From positions 7,592 to 71,591 of the forward strand of contig DATNIM010000100.1 in the NCBI GenBank assembly GCA_035604455.1: a DNA stretch of 64,000 bases, given 5' to 3'. Origin of the DNA: Gemmatimonadales bacterium. Its GTDB lineage: Bacteria > Gemmatimonadota > Gemmatimonadetes > Gemmatimonadales > GWC2-71-9. Made by a program: the position numbers and the translations under genes. The first letter of the stretch is position 1, and the number at the start of each line of letters is the position of its first letter. Shown in pieces: positions 9,979 to 20,076 of this stretch. Under the pieces are notes generated by a model. The model saw only the letters and a list, made by a program, of their open reading frames with translations. It had not been told where the DNA came from and ran no database searches.

Positions 9979-10397
9979 TCGCCGCCCCCTCCTAGCGCGT
10001 CGTCCCGGCTCCCGCGCGCCGCCCACAGGCTCGCAGCGGCCCCGCCGAGGAGCGCAACCACCGCCCACGCGACGAGACAAGCGAGACCGAAGAACCGGTC
10101 GAGCGGCCAGGCGAGGAACCCCACGAGCACGGCGCCGAAGGCCGACATTACGCCGATGACCCCGCGCTGCCACACGTTGTCGAGACCGCGGCTCCGGCGC
10201 CAGCCGAAGGTCGCGGCGAGGGCGAGCCCCAGAAGCGTCGCGACGAGCACCGGGTCGGCGGCGCTCTCCTCGTACGTGACGGCGGCCACGCGGTGCTCGA
10301 GCGCCCGAACGATCACGAGGCCGGCGACGATGGTGCCGCCGCCGAGGCCGGTACCGCAGGCGAGAGCGCCGAGCCCGATCGCAAGGGGGTCCTTCAC
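9975..10397 (-). CDS. small integral membrane protein (about 4 TM), unknown function
   Basis: 140-aa hydrophobic ORF with high GC3. Its GTG start overlaps the lpdA stop (GTGA) and its stop overlaps the lipB start, so it is translationally embedded in the operon. Confidence 0.5.
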   Translation of the reverse strand: MKDPLAIGLGALACGTGLGGGTIVAGLVIVRALEHRVAAVTYEESAADPVLVATLLGLALAATFGWRRSRGLDNVWQRGVIGVMSAFGAVLVGFLAWPLDRFFGLACLVAWAVVALLGGAAASLWAARGSRDDALGGGGE

Positions 10398-11818
10398 AGG
10401 TGGATCACGCGGCCGAGGGAGTCCAGTGCGGCTTCCGCCACGGCCTCCGAGAGGGTGGGGTGGGCGTGGATCGCGAGTTCGACCTCTTCCACCGTGTACT
10501 CGTTCTCGCGCGCCACGACGAGCTCGTGGATCAGCTCCGATGCGCGGCTCCCTACGATGTGCGCCCCGACAATTTCGCCGTACTTCGTATCGCGGATCAC
10601 TTTCACGAAGCCTTCTGTCTCACCGCTCGTTCTCGCGCGCCCGTTCGCCGAAAAGGGGAAGCGCCCGACGCTGTACGCCAACCCGCGCTCCTTGGCCTGC
10701 GCCTCGGTGAGCCCGATGCTTGCCACCTCCGGACTGCAGTAGGTGACGTTCGGCACGTTGTCGTACCGAATCGGATGCGGCTCGAGGCCTGCGATGCGCT
10801 CGACCGCGTTGATGCCTTCTCGACTGCCCTTGTGTGCGAGCATCGGGGGCCCGGCGACGTCGCCGATCGCGTAGACCCCGGGGGCGGTCGTCTCGAGGTA
10901 TTGATTGACCTTCACGAAGCCGCGGTCCGTGAGCTCCACCCCCGCCTCGGGGAGGCCGTCCGAATTCGGTGCACGCCCCGTTGCCACGAGCACGGCCGCC
11001 GCTTCCACGGTGCGCGGAGTGCCGCCGGTCGGCGTGACGTCGAGTGTTACCGACGCGGTCTCGACGACGGTCCGCGAGACCGTCGCGCCGGTCACGATCT
11101 CGATCTTGCGCTTGCGATAGCTCCGCGTCAGCGCCTCGGAACTCTCCGCGTCCTCAAGCGGCAGCACTCGGGGCAGCGCTTCGATGATCGTCACCCGTGT
11201 GCCGAACGCGTTGAAGATGTCGGCGAACTCCATGCCGACCGCCCCAGCGCCGATGATGGCGAGCGAGGGGGGGGCGTGATCCAAGAACAGTGCTTCATCC
11301 GAGGACAACACCGTGGTTCCGTTCAGCGCCAGGCCGGCTTGCGGTAGCCCCTTGACCCGGGAGCCTGTGGCGAGCACGACGCCGCGGCGGGCTTCATAGA
11401 TGTCGCTCCCTACTTGGACCCGCCGGCCGGGCAGCAGCACGCCCGTGCCCTTCACGACCGTGATCTTGTTTTTCTTCATCAGGAACTCGACGCCCTTCGA
11501 GTTCTGCTCGCTAACGCGACGGGACCGTGTCATGGCTACCCGGTAGTCGGTCTTCACTCCCTCTGCGGTGACGCCGAATTCCGCCGCGTCGCGGACCGCC
11601 ATGACCAATGAGGCCGACGCGAGGAGCGCCTTGGTCGGGATGCAGCCGATATTCACGCACACCCCGCCGAGCTTGTCGCGCTCGACGACGGCGGTCGCGA
11701 GGCCGAGCTGCGCCGCCCGGATCGCCGCGACATAGCCCGCTGGCCCGCCGCCCACCACGATGACATCAAACGAGTTTGCCACGACACCTCCGGCCGCGCG
11801 CCGCGGCCCCTGGTTCAC
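10394..11818 (-). CDS. lpdA: dihydrolipoyl dehydrogenase (E3)
   Basis: FDVIVVGGGPAGYVAAIRAAQLG, redox-active GGVCVNIGCIPTKALL and C-terminal HAHPTLSE motifs. Confidence 0.92.
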   Translation of the reverse strand: MNQGPRRAAGGVVANSFDVIVVGGGPAGYVAAIRAAQLGLATAVVERDKLGGVCVNIGCIPTKALLASASLVMAVRDAAEFGVTAEGVKTDYRVAMTRSRRVSEQNSKGVEFLMKKNKITVVKGTGVLLPGRRVQVGSDIYEARRGVVLATGSRVKGLPQAGLALNGTTVLSSDEALFLDHAPPSLAIIGAGAVGMEFADIFNAFGTRVTIIEALPRVLPLEDAESSEALTRSYRKRKIEIVTGATVSRTVVETASVTLDVTPTGGTPRTVEAAAVLVATGRAPNSDGLPEAGVELTDRGFVKVNQYLETTAPGVYAIGDVAGPPMLAHKGSREGINAVERIAGLEPHPIRYDNVPNVTYCSPEVASIGLTEAQAKERGLAYSVGRFPFSANGRARTSGETEGFVKVIRDTKYGEIVGAHIVGSRASELIHELVVARENEYTVEEVELAIHAHPTLSEAVAEAALDSLGRVIHL

Positions 11819-13110
11819 AGCATGGCGAGGGGATTTTCGAGCATCTCCTTCAGGGTTTTCAAGAACGCCGCGCCGCTCGCGCCGTCGATCACGCGGTGAT
11901 CGCAGCTGAGCGTTGTCCGGAGGCGCTGTCGCGGGACGACCTGCCCGTCGACGACCGCGGGTTTCGCGAGGACCGAGCCCACGGCCAGGATTCCCGCCTC
12001 AGGCGGGTTGATCACCGCCCCGAACTGGTCGATGTCGAACATACCGAGGTTTGAGACGGAGAACGTGGCGCCCGTGTACTCGGCTGGCTGCAGCCGCCGG
12101 GCACGCGCGCGCTCGGCGAGCGCCTTTGCCTCGTTACCGATTTCGGCGAGCGACTTGCGGTCCGCATGCCGGATGACGGGCGTGATCAAGCCGTCCTCGA
12201 CCGCGACCGCCATGCCGAGGTGGACGTCGCGCCAGTAGCGGATGTGGTCGCCAACAAACCACGCGTTGCACGCGCGGTGTCGGGTGAGGGCGGCCGCGGT
12301 GGCTTTGAGCACGATGTCATTCACGCTCACGCGGTCTTCCGGGGTTCGTCGCGCGTTCAGCGCGGCCCGCGCCTCCATCGCCCGCTCCATGTCGACCTCG
12401 ACCGTCAGGAAGAAGTGGGGAATCGGGCCGAGCGATGCGGCGAGGCGCTGCACGATGACCTTGCGCATCTGGGTGAGTGGCACGTCTTCGTAACCCCCCT
12501 CGGGAGCGAGCGGCGCGGGGGTCGCGGGCAGCGCCCCGGCCCCGAGTGTCACGGGCCGGCTTGGCGGAGGAGGCGAGAGGGGCGCCTCGCGCGCCTTGTC
12601 GAGGTCCCGCCGCACAACGCGGCCGCCGGGGCCCGAGCCGGACACGACTTTGAGATCCACGCCCGCTTCCTGCGCGATACGACGCGCGAGAGGTGACGCG
12701 CGGACGCGAGCGCGGGCACCGGGTGGCGCTTCGGTCGACAGGGGCTGTGGCGAACGCTCGGGCGCAGGCGCTGGTGAGCGCACGGCCTCGCTCGGCGCGG
12801 CGGCCCGGTCGACTGGGAGCGAGGGTGCAGGGGGAGATGGAGGCGGAGACGAGGGCGACCCCGGTTCCTCTCCCGGGACCGCAATCGCCGCGATTTCCCG
12901 GCCCACCGGCACGGTGGTCCCCTCGGCCGCTGACACGTTCGTGAGCACGCCGTCCGCGCGCGCCACGAGCTCCATGATCGCCTTGTCGGTCTCGATCTCG
13001 GCCAGCGTCTCGCCCGCGCGCACGGAGTCTCCCGCATGCCTGTGCCACTTCACGACGCGCCCCTCCTCCATCGTGGGGGAGAGCGCCTCCATGAACACCT
13101 TGACCGGCAT
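11815..13110 (-). CDS. pdhC: dihydrolipoamide acetyltransferase (E2) of a 2-oxoacid (pyruvate) dehydrogenase complex
   Basis: N-terminal lipoyl domain (LAEIETDKAIMELVA), Pro/Ala linkers, a peripheral subunit-binding domain (ASPLARRIAQEAGVDL) and a catalytic domain ending LSCDHRVIDGA. Confidence 0.9.
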   Translation of the reverse strand: MPVKVFMEALSPTMEEGRVVKWHRHAGDSVRAGETLAEIETDKAIMELVARADGVLTNVSAAEGTTVPVGREIAAIAVPGEEPGSPSSPPPSPPAPSLPVDRAAAPSEAVRSPAPAPERSPQPLSTEAPPGARARVRASPLARRIAQEAGVDLKVVSGSGPGGRVVRRDLDKAREAPLSPPPPSRPVTLGAGALPATPAPLAPEGGYEDVPLTQMRKVIVQRLAASLGPIPHFFLTVEVDMERAMEARAALNARRTPEDRVSVNDIVLKATAAALTRHRACNAWFVGDHIRYWRDVHLGMAVAVEDGLITPVIRHADRKSLAEIGNEAKALAERARARRLQPAEYTGATFSVSNLGMFDIDQFGAVINPPEAGILAVGSVLAKPAVVDGQVVPRQRLRTTLSCDHRVIDGASGAAFLKTLKEMLENPLAML

Positions 13111-13113
13111 GGG

Positions 13114-14097
13114 TCAGTCGAGGTACAGCACGCGCCGCGTTGCGGCGAGAATCTTTTCGGGCGACGGCTTCGCGGCGCGCTCGAGGTGTTTGTTGTAGGG
13201 CATCGGCACGTCCGCTTGGGTGACGCGGAGGACCGGGGCGTCCAGCGAGTCGAAAGCCTCACGCTGGATGATGTCGACGACCTGGGCGCCGATCCCCGCG
13301 TGGGGCCAGCCCTCTTCGACCACGACGCACCGGTTCGTCTTGGAGACGGAAGCGATGATCGTCGCGTCGTCGAGCGGCCGGAGGGAGCGGAGGTCCACGA
13401 CCTCCGCGCTCACCCCGAGCTCGCCGGCGAGCAGCTCCGCGGCCTTGAGCGCCGGAGCGACCGTCTTCGAATGGCAGACGAGCGTGACATCGGTTCCTGG
13501 CCGCTTCACGTCCGCCGACCCGATGGGTACGAGATGCTCCCCCTCCGGGACCTCGCCCTTCGTGTTGTAGAGCATCTCGCCCTCGAGCACGATGACGGGG
13601 TTGTTGTCCCGGATCGCCGACTTGAGGAGCCCTTTGGCGTCGGCCGGCGTCGCCGGGCTTACGACCTTGAGACCCGGGATGTGCGCGAGCCAGGCGTCCC
13701 AAGCCTGCGAGTGTTGGGCGGCCAGTTGCAACGCCGCGCCGTTCGGGCCGCGGAACACGATCGGCACCGGGATCTGCCCGCCCGACATATAGAATATCTT
13801 GGCCGCCGAATTGACGATCTGGTCCAGCGCGAGCAGGGCGAAGTTCCAGGTCATGAACTCGACCACGGGTCGGAGGCCCGCCATCGCGGCGCCCACGCCG
13901 ACGCCCGCGAATCCGAGCTCGGCGATCGGTGTGTCGAGGACCCGCATCGGGCCGAACTCCTCGAGCAGTCCACGGCTGACCTTGTAGGCTCCCTGATAGA
14001 CGCCCACTTCCTCCCCGAGCACAAAGACGCTCGCGTCGCGCTGCATCTCCTCGCGCAGCGCCTGATTCAGCGCGTCCCGATAAGTGAGGGTGGCCAT
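13114..14097 (-). CDS. pdhB: pyruvate dehydrogenase E1 component beta subunit
   Basis: 327-aa ORF with [48 protein letters not shown]. The start overlaps the E1-alpha stop (TGATG). Confidence 0.9.
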   Translation of the reverse strand: MATLTYRDALNQALREEMQRDASVFVLGEEVGVYQGAYKVSRGLLEEFGPMRVLDTPIAELGFAGVGVGAAMAGLRPVVEFMTWNFALLALDQIVNSAAKIFYMSGGQIPVPIVFRGPNGAALQLAAQHSQAWDAWLAHIPGLKVVSPATPADAKGLLKSAIRDNNPVIVLEGEMLYNTKGEVPEGEHLVPIGSADVKRPGTDVTLVCHSKTVAPALKAAELLAGELGVSAEVVDLRSLRPLDDATIIASVSKTNRCVVVEEGWPHAGIGAQVVDIIQREAFDSLDAPVLRVTQADVPMPYNKHLERAAKPSPEKILAATRRVLYLD

Positions 14098-15092
14098 CAG
14101 TCGGCGAGCACGTGGGCGAACAGTTCGGTCGGGTCCGGGTCGGGGCTGCCGTCTGCGTACTTCACGGCGGCTTCGACTTCCGCTCGCACGGCGGCGTCGA
14201 GTTCGTCCAGGGCCGCCTGATCGATCGCTCCGGTGTCTTTCAGTCGGTGCGCCAGCTGCGTGATAGGGTCGCGCTTCTTCTGCTCCTCGACCTCATCCTT
14301 GGTCCGATAGACGCCGTACAACGGGTCCGACATGGAGTGGCCCATGTAGCGGTAGGTACGGACCTCGAGGAGCGTGGGGTGGCCGCGGCGCGCCCGCGCG
14401 ACCGCGCGCTCGGTGGCGTCGAGCACGGTGAGCACGTCCATCCCGTTCACGAGCTCCGCCGCCATGTCGTAGCTACAGGCGTGTTCCACGACGTCGGTGA
14501 CCGCGGCGACGCGCTCGAAGGCCGTCCCCATGCCGTAGCGGTTGTTCTCGCAGATGAACACGACGGGGAGTTTCCACACGGAGGCCATGTTCAGGGCCTC
14601 GTGGAACGCCCCGATGTTCACGGCGGCTTCTCCGAAGAAGCAGAGGCACACCTGGGTACCCTGGCGGTACTTGATGGCGTAGCCGATGCCCGTGGCGAGC
14701 GGGAGGTGGCCGCCAACGATCGCGTGGCCACCCAGGAAACCGCGGGAGGCGTCGAAGAGGTGCATCGAGCCGCCCTTGCCCTTCGAGCAGCCGGTCGCCT
14801 TCCCGAACAACTCTGCCATGACGGCGCGGGCGGGGACACCGCGGACCAGGGCTTGAGCGTGCTCGCGGTAGGAGCAGAGGATGTAGTCGTCGGGTTGGAG
14901 CGTCGCGAGGGCCCCGACGGCGACGGCTTCCTGGCCGACATAGAGGTGACAGAACCCGCCGATCTTCCCCAACGCATACGCCTCTGCCGCCTTCTCCTCG
15001 AAGCGGCGCACGAGCAACATCTCCCGGAGCAAGCGGCGCTCGCGTTCGAGCTGGGCGTCACCCTGCGGGGCCTGCGTCATTTTGGTGGCCAC
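14097..15092 (-). CDS. pdhA: pyruvate dehydrogenase E1 component alpha subunit
   Basis: 331-aa ORF with [15 protein letters not shown], the TPP-binding [38 protein letters not shown], and [11 protein letters not shown]. Confidence 0.9.
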   Translation of the reverse strand: MATKMTQAPQGDAQLERERRLLREMLLVRRFEEKAAEAYALGKIGGFCHLYVGQEAVAVGALATLQPDDYILCSYREHAQALVRGVPARAVMAELFGKATGCSKGKGGSMHLFDASRGFLGGHAIVGGHLPLATGIGYAIKYRQGTQVCLCFFGEAAVNIGAFHEALNMASVWKLPVVFICENNRYGMGTAFERVAAVTDVVEHACSYDMAAELVNGMDVLTVLDATERAVARARRGHPTLLEVRTYRYMGHSMSDPLYGVYRTKDEVEEQKKRDPITQLAHRLKDTGAIDQAALDELDAAVRAEVEAAVKYADGSPDPDPTELFAHVLAD

Positions 15093-15101
15093 TGGGACGC
15101 T

Positions 15102-16004
15102 CTACGCCGACCGCGCTGCACGGTCGACCTGCTCCCACGCATGGTAGCTCGATCGGACGAGCGGCCCGGCCTCGACGTGGAGGTAGCCCAGTGCGCGACC
15201 AAACCGCGCGAGTTCGGCGAACTCCTCCGGCGTGTAGTAACGCGCGACAGGCAAATGGTTGGTGGAGGGCCGCAGATACTGGCCTAGCGTCAGGATGTCG
15301 ACCCCCTCCGCGCGCAGGTCCTGCATCGCGCCGCGAAGTTCGTCCCACTCCTCGCCCAACCCGCACATGATCCCGGACTTGGTCAAGAGATCCGGCGCCC
15401 ATCGCTTCGCCCGACCCAACAGCTCGAGCGCGCGCCCGTAGCGCCCGCCTGGGCGCGCCAGGCGGTACAAGCGCTCAACGGTCTCGAGGTTGTGGTTCAG
15501 GATGTCGGGCTGGGCTTCTACAATGAGGCGCAGCGCCTCGGGCCGCCCCTGAAAGTCGGGCACGAGCAGCTCAACCGACGCTCCCGGCGTGCGGCGGCGG
15601 ATCGCGCCGACCGACGCCGCAAACACCTCCGCCCCGCCGTTCGGGAGGTCGTCCCGATCCACGCTCGTGATGACCACGTGACGGAGCCCCAGGCGCTCGA
15701 CCGCCTGCGCCAGCCGCTCGGGTTCCTCCGCGTCCAAGGGCCCCGGGGTCCCGTGCTCGACCGCGCAGTAGGCACAGTTTCTGGTGCAACGAGCGCCCAG
15801 GATCATAAACGTCGCCGCCCGGTGCTCCCAGCATTCCCCCACGTTAGGGCAATGCGCCTCTTCGCAGACTGTATGGAGGGTGAGCTCTCGCAGCAGGGCG
15901 CGCACGGCCACGTAGTTCGGACCGCCGGGCGCTTGTACTTTGAGCCAGCCAGGCTTGCGAGCCGGCAAGGTGCGGGGAGCGAGTTGCACGAGGGATGCCG
16001 GCAT
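15102..16004 (-). CDS. lipA: lipoyl synthase (radical SAM)
   Basis: CEEAHCPNVGECW auxiliary cluster motif and the CTRNCAYCAV radical-SAM CxxxCxxC motif. Confidence 0.92.
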   Translation of the reverse strand: MPASLVQLAPRTLPARKPGWLKVQAPGGPNYVAVRALLRELTLHTVCEEAHCPNVGECWEHRAATFMILGARCTRNCAYCAVEHGTPGPLDAEEPERLAQAVERLGLRHVVITSVDRDDLPNGGAEVFAASVGAIRRRTPGASVELLVPDFQGRPEALRLIVEAQPDILNHNLETVERLYRLARPGGRYGRALELLGRAKRWAPDLLTKSGIMCGLGEEWDELRGAMQDLRAEGVDILTLGQYLRPSTNHLPVARYYTPEEFAELARFGRALGYLHVEAGPLVRSSYHAWEQVDRAARSA

Positions 16005-16079
16005 GCTGATCCTTGGGGCGGCTCGGGGGGAAGATACCCGCTCCCCAACGGGTGGGGTAGCAGGATACGACGGGCGGGT

Positions 16080-17261
16080 TCAACCGGGTGGTTGATCGCT
16101 GCCGTCGTTACTCGCCTGCTGCGGGTCGGTCCTCGCGCTTCGCCGACTTGGGCGGCGCTTCCCGCCATCGTGGCGTCCGGGCCGCCACGGCGTCACGTCG
16201 ACCGTCGTGGACCCCGTGCTCACGAGGTCCCCGATCACCTCGCCCGTTAGGGCCGCGAGGAGCACGCCGTTGCGCCCGTGCCCGGTCGCGTACCACAGGC
16301 TGCTCACGTCTGGATCCTGCCCGACAAAGGGGGCCCCGTCCGGCGTGACGGGCCGCAGACCGGCCCACATGCGCAGAACCGGTTGCGGCTCAAGCGCGGG
16401 CATCAGGCGGACTGCGCTGCGGAAGATCTGCGCCAGCCCCTCATTTGTGACGCGGCATTCGAAGCCGGCATGCTCCATCGTGCTGCCCAGGACTGCCTCC
16501 TCGCCCCGGGCCAGCACGTAGCAGTGGTCGTAATAGAGGATTGCGCGGGCGTGGCGATCGGGCCAAGCGGTCGCCGCGAGTTGGCCCCGTACCGGCTCCA
16601 CCGTGAGCGGTCGAGGCAGCCCCGAGAGTCCCGGGGACCACGCGCCCGCGGCGACAACCACGTGCTCGCTCGCTACGGCCTCCGTCGCACTGATCACTCC
16701 GGTCGCCCGACCGCCTTCCGTGGTCACGCCCGTCACGCGCTCCATCACGAGGACCGCCCCCAAGCGTCTTGCGTCCGCCAGCAACGCCCGCGTGAGGGCC
16801 TGCGGGTCGAGGGCGCCGTCCTCGGGTGCGAACAGCGCTCCCCGGCACTCGGGGGCCATCCCTTCCCACCGCTCGGCGACCTCGCCCGCGCCAAGCCAGT
16901 CGCAACGGAGGCCCGCTTGTCGTTGCGCGGCGACACTTGTTTTCAGTCGGTGCTCGCTCGCCTCATCAAACGCCAGCGACGCGATCCCCGAGCGCCACAG
17001 CCCGACGTCGATGCCGGTAGCGTCCAGCAAGGTCGGGGCGAGGGCGTCGTAGAGGTCGCGGGCCCGCAGGCTGAGACTGAGCGCATCCTCACCCGCCGGC
17101 TCGATTTGCGCCGCGAGCATGCCGGCGGAGGCGGGGGACGCGGCGGCGACGTCCGGGCCGGGCTCGAAGACCGCGACGGCGAGACCACGCAGCGCCGCTG
17201 CGCGAGCGCAGGCCGCCCCGATCACCCCCCCGCCGATAACGGCGACATCACACCGTTTCAT
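16080..17261 (-). CDS. FAD-dependent oxidoreductase (DAO family; glycine-oxidase/ThiO-like)
   Basis: N-terminal DVAVIGGGVIGAACA dinucleotide fold, C-terminal ..YATGHGRNGVLLA. A Pro/Arg-rich tail of about 40 aa follows. Confidence 0.7.
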   Translation of the reverse strand: MKRCDVAVIGGGVIGAACARAAALRGLAVAVFEPGPDVAAASPASAGMLAAQIEPAGEDALSLSLRARDLYDALAPTLLDATGIDVGLWRSGIASLAFDEASEHRLKTSVAAQRQAGLRCDWLGAGEVAERWEGMAPECRGALFAPEDGALDPQALTRALLADARRLGAVLVMERVTGVTTEGGRATGVISATEAVASEHVVVAAGAWSPGLSGLPRPLTVEPVRGQLAATAWPDRHARAILYYDHCYVLARGEEAVLGSTMEHAGFECRVTNEGLAQIFRSAVRLMPALEPQPVLRMWAGLRPVTPDGAPFVGQDPDVSSLWYATGHGRNGVLLAALTGEVIGDLVSTGSTTVDVTPWRPGRHDGGKRRPSRRSARTDPQQASNDGSDQPPG

Positions 17262-17333
17262 CAGTTGGCGGACGTGAAACTCACCGCCACCTGTGCCCGT
17301 AGGACAGTGTGGGAGGGTTCAGCAGAGGACACC

Positions 17334-17558
17334 ATGTTCCGCAATCTCATCGGGTTCGCCGTCTTCGCTATCGTAGCCTGGCTCGTTTTGCGCGTCGCCT
17401 TCGGGCTGCTCAGCGGCCTCATCGGCCTCGCCGTGATGCTGCTGTGGCTCGCGGCGATCGGGTTCGGCCTTTACCTGGTCCTTCGCCTCATCAGCCCCAC
17501 AACTGCCGACCGAGTCCGCGAGTTGATTCGTGGCAAGGGTCGACCGGCAGGCGCGTAG
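17334..17558 (+). CDS. small membrane protein (74 aa, 2 TM)
   Basis: This is the C-terminal part of shadow ORF 16278..17558. From ATG 17334 it reads MFRNLIGFAVFAIVAWLVLRVAFGLLSGLIGLAVMLLWLAAIGFGLYLVLRLISP.., with GGGAGGG upstream. It is the only sensible coding frame in the gap. Confidence 0.5.
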   Translation: MFRNLIGFAVFAIVAWLVLRVAFGLLSGLIGLAVMLLWLAAIGFGLYLVLRLISPTTADRVRELIRGKGRPAGA

Positions 17559-17615
17559 GCCGATCGCCCCTGTAAGTCCGGCATGCCGCGCACCCCAGTC
17601 GGCCGAGTGCGCGCC

Positions 17616-18572
17616 CTAGCGTTCATCCAGCCTCGTCAACACGGCCCACGCGAGCAGGGGAATGAGGATTTCGTGGTGCCCGGTGATCTGGACGCCGCGT
17701 CCGCCCTCGAGGGTGGGGCGTTCGACCACGTTCACCCGCGGGCGATAGTGCCGCTGCATGTCGCAATCGCAGGCGGTAAACCGCGCGGGTTTGCCGTCGT
17801 GCAGATTGCGCGCGATGGAGAGCGCCTTCAAAAACACCTCGGGCATGACGACGGCGCTTCCCAGGTTCAGGACGACGCCGCCGTCGTCGAGGGCTGGCAG
17901 CGAAGCGGCGAGACGCCGGAAATCGCGGTGGCTTGTGGCGCCGAGGGCCGCGCCGTCGGCGCTTGGGTGCTGGTGGATGATCTCGGCGCCGATCGTGACG
18001 TGCACTGTGACCGGCACCCCGAGCCGGGCGCACGCCACGAGCACCGAGACATCGGGCGCTGTGAGGTTGGCCCGGCGCGCGAGGGCTGTAGCCAGGGCCT
18101 CACCCGTGCCCTGATCGTTCCGGGCCCCGGCGGCAATGGCTCCGTTCATGTCGCGTCCCGTTTCGTCGGCCATGCCGAACGTCCCGTCTCGCAAGCCTGC
18201 GCCCACGTCCTCGCTCGTGCCCCCGTAGGCGGCGAGCTCGAAATCGTGGATCGCGGCGCTCCCGTTCATCGCCACGTGGGTGATCACGCGACGCCCTAGG
18301 AGCTCGATCAGCACGGGGCCGACGCCGACCTTGATGACGTGCCCGCCGAGCATGACGACAACGCCCCGCCGGCCCGCGGCGGTGACCAGCTGGTCCACGA
18401 CAAAGCGCAGATCGCGCGCGGCCAGCACGTCGGGCAGGCTCTGCCAGAACGCACGGAAGCTGTCATCGGCGTTCCGCGCGTGGGCGAGCACCGGGGGCGA
18501 CACACGGTGCGCGCGGTCGGTCACCGAGACCGTCCGCACCTTCGCGAGATCGGCCTCGCGATACTCCGTCAT
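17616..18572 (-). CDS. deoxyhypusine-synthase-like (DHS-fold) protein
   Basis: 318 aa. VVMLGGHVIKVGVGPVLIELLGRRVITHVAMNGSAAIHDFELA .. VPVTVHVTIGAEIIHQHP .. VVLNLGSAVVMPEVFLKAL .. HHEILIPLLAWAV follows the layout of deoxyhypusine synthase family proteins as I recall them. The start overlaps the upstream stop (ATGA). Confidence 0.5.
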   Translation of the reverse strand: MTEYREADLAKVRTVSVTDRAHRVSPPVLAHARNADDSFRAFWQSLPDVLAARDLRFVVDQLVTAAGRRGVVVMLGGHVIKVGVGPVLIELLGRRVITHVAMNGSAAIHDFELAAYGGTSEDVGAGLRDGTFGMADETGRDMNGAIAAGARNDQGTGEALATALARRANLTAPDVSVLVACARLGVPVTVHVTIGAEIIHQHPSADGAALGATSHRDFRRLAASLPALDDGGVVLNLGSAVVMPEVFLKALSIARNLHDGKPARFTACDCDMQRHYRPRVNVVERPTLEGGRGVQITGHHEILIPLLAWAVLTRLDER

Positions 18573-20035
18573 GGGCGGTCAGGCTCCGAGAACTCCTTCA
18601 GTTTGAGCGTCACGGTGCCGAAGGAGAACTTGGATTGCAGCGCGAGAAGGAGTCGTTCGGGAGAGTCCGATAGCCACATACGGGCTTCCGCCCGCTCGGC
18701 GAAGATCCCTCCGCCGTTAGGAATCTTGGGGCTCAAGACCACCGCGTTCCAATCGTGACCGGCCACATTCACGCGTTCGTGCCCCAATACGTCGACCACG
18801 ACGGGGTTGCGCTCCGGCCGGAAATAGCGGCGGTACTCGTAGTGCTGGCCCACCTGGAGGGGAACCGTGCGGATCCAGTACAGGAATGCCGTGTCGTCGA
18901 GCGGGTTGGCGACCGTGGCTCGAGCGGAGTCGTGCCCGCTCTCCTGGTAGACCCCTGAGTCCGGGAAGATCTCGAAGCGGTTCTCCCAGAACTTCCCCTT
19001 CTCGTGGGTCTCGTTCCAGTAGCGCCGCGAAACGAAGTCCGATTGCCCGACCCAGGAATCGAGCGTCTGGTCGAGCTTGTACCACAGCGCACTGCCCTGG
19101 ATATGGAAGCGGAAATGGACGGTCTGGGTGCCGCGCACCGTGTCGAGGCCGACGACCTGGAGGGACGCCTCGCCCACCGTGATCACCCCGTAGCGCGCGG
19201 CATAGACCAGGCGCTCGCCGACTGGGAAGGGCACGGGTTCGGTCGCCGGGACGAGTGTGGCGGCTCCGCTTTGCGCCGGGCGATGCGCCACGGGCGGCGC
19301 GAAGGCAAGGAGCGCGGCCAGGGGAAGGGTGCGAAGCGTCTTGCGGGCCCGCCACGCGGACACGAGCTGTCGCCAGAGCGGGGTGCGTAGCGGGCGCTGC
19401 ACGAGATCGTAGCGCACGACGCCTCGGAACGTCTCGATGCGCCGCGCAAAGGGAGCGAGGCGGGCAAGAAGCTCTGCGTTGGCGGACCACCCGCTCGTCG
19501 TCAGGAGCACACCATCCCGGCGCTGGGCTTGGCGCCACACGGCCAGTCGCAGCGCTACGAAACCGGACGCGGAGTCGCGCACGCCCGGCACGCGCAGCAA
19601 CCAACGGCCGGCCCGCCGTGCCCAGCGCAGGGCCGCGGGCGGTTCGCCCTCGACGTCGAGGAGCTCGGCCACGACCACGTCGGCGCCCGACTCGAGGTGG
19701 CGCACCATCTCCACCATAGCGTCCGGCGGATGGCTGAAATCGGCGTGCAGCGTGATGGCGCAGTCCCGGCGGGGACGGTCGGTACGCTGCAGGGCGAGAC
19801 CGAGCAGCTCCTCGAGGCTCGCGGTGTAACCCCGGCGTTCCGCGTGCGTGATCACGGTCATGGGCAGGACTTTCGCATACGACGCGAGGAGCTCCGCGCT
19901 GCCGTCGGCGGAACCGTCGTCGCATACGAGCAGGTGATATTCGCGGGGGAACCCGGCGAACACCTGCCGCACCTTCCACAGCACGAGCCCGACCGTGTGG
20001 GCTTCGTTATGCACGGGAATGCACACGTAGATCAT
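18569..20035 (-). CDS. family-2 glycosyltransferase fused to a DUF3108-like C-terminal domain
   Basis: The N-terminus is GT2-like (MIYVCIPVHNEAHTVG..HLLVCDDGSADGSAELL). The C-terminal ~230 aa resemble DUF3108 (YAARYGVITVGEASLQV..VHFRFHIQGSALWYKLDQTLDSWV..RRYWNETHEKGKFWENRFEIF..). Confidence 0.65.
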   Translation of the reverse strand: MIYVCIPVHNEAHTVGLVLWKVRQVFAGFPREYHLLVCDDGSADGSAELLASYAKVLPMTVITHAERRGYTASLEELLGLALQRTDRPRRDCAITLHADFSHPPDAMVEMVRHLESGADVVVAELLDVEGEPPAALRWARRAGRWLLRVPGVRDSASGFVALRLAVWRQAQRRDGVLLTTSGWSANAELLARLAPFARRIETFRGVVRYDLVQRPLRTPLWRQLVSAWRARKTLRTLPLAALLAFAPPVAHRPAQSGAATLVPATEPVPFPVGERLVYAARYGVITVGEASLQVVGLDTVRGTQTVHFRFHIQGSALWYKLDQTLDSWVGQSDFVSRRYWNETHEKGKFWENRFEIFPDSGVYQESGHDSARATVANPLDDTAFLYWIRTVPLQVGQHYEYRRYFRPERNPVVVDVLGHERVNVAGHDWNAVVLSPKIPNGGGIFAERAEARMWLSDSPERLLLALQSKFSFGTVTLKLKEFSEPDRP

Positions 20036-20076
20036 GAGGCCAATCTAGACGTATGGCCGACGCGCGGCCAAGCGAG

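Noticed and set aside
12540-12900. A strongly biased Pro/Ala/Ser-coding low-complexity stretch.
   Set aside because: It corresponds to the flexible inter-domain linkers of the E2 acetyltransferase (..PGEEPGSPSSPPPSPPAPSLP..), which are normal for this protein family.
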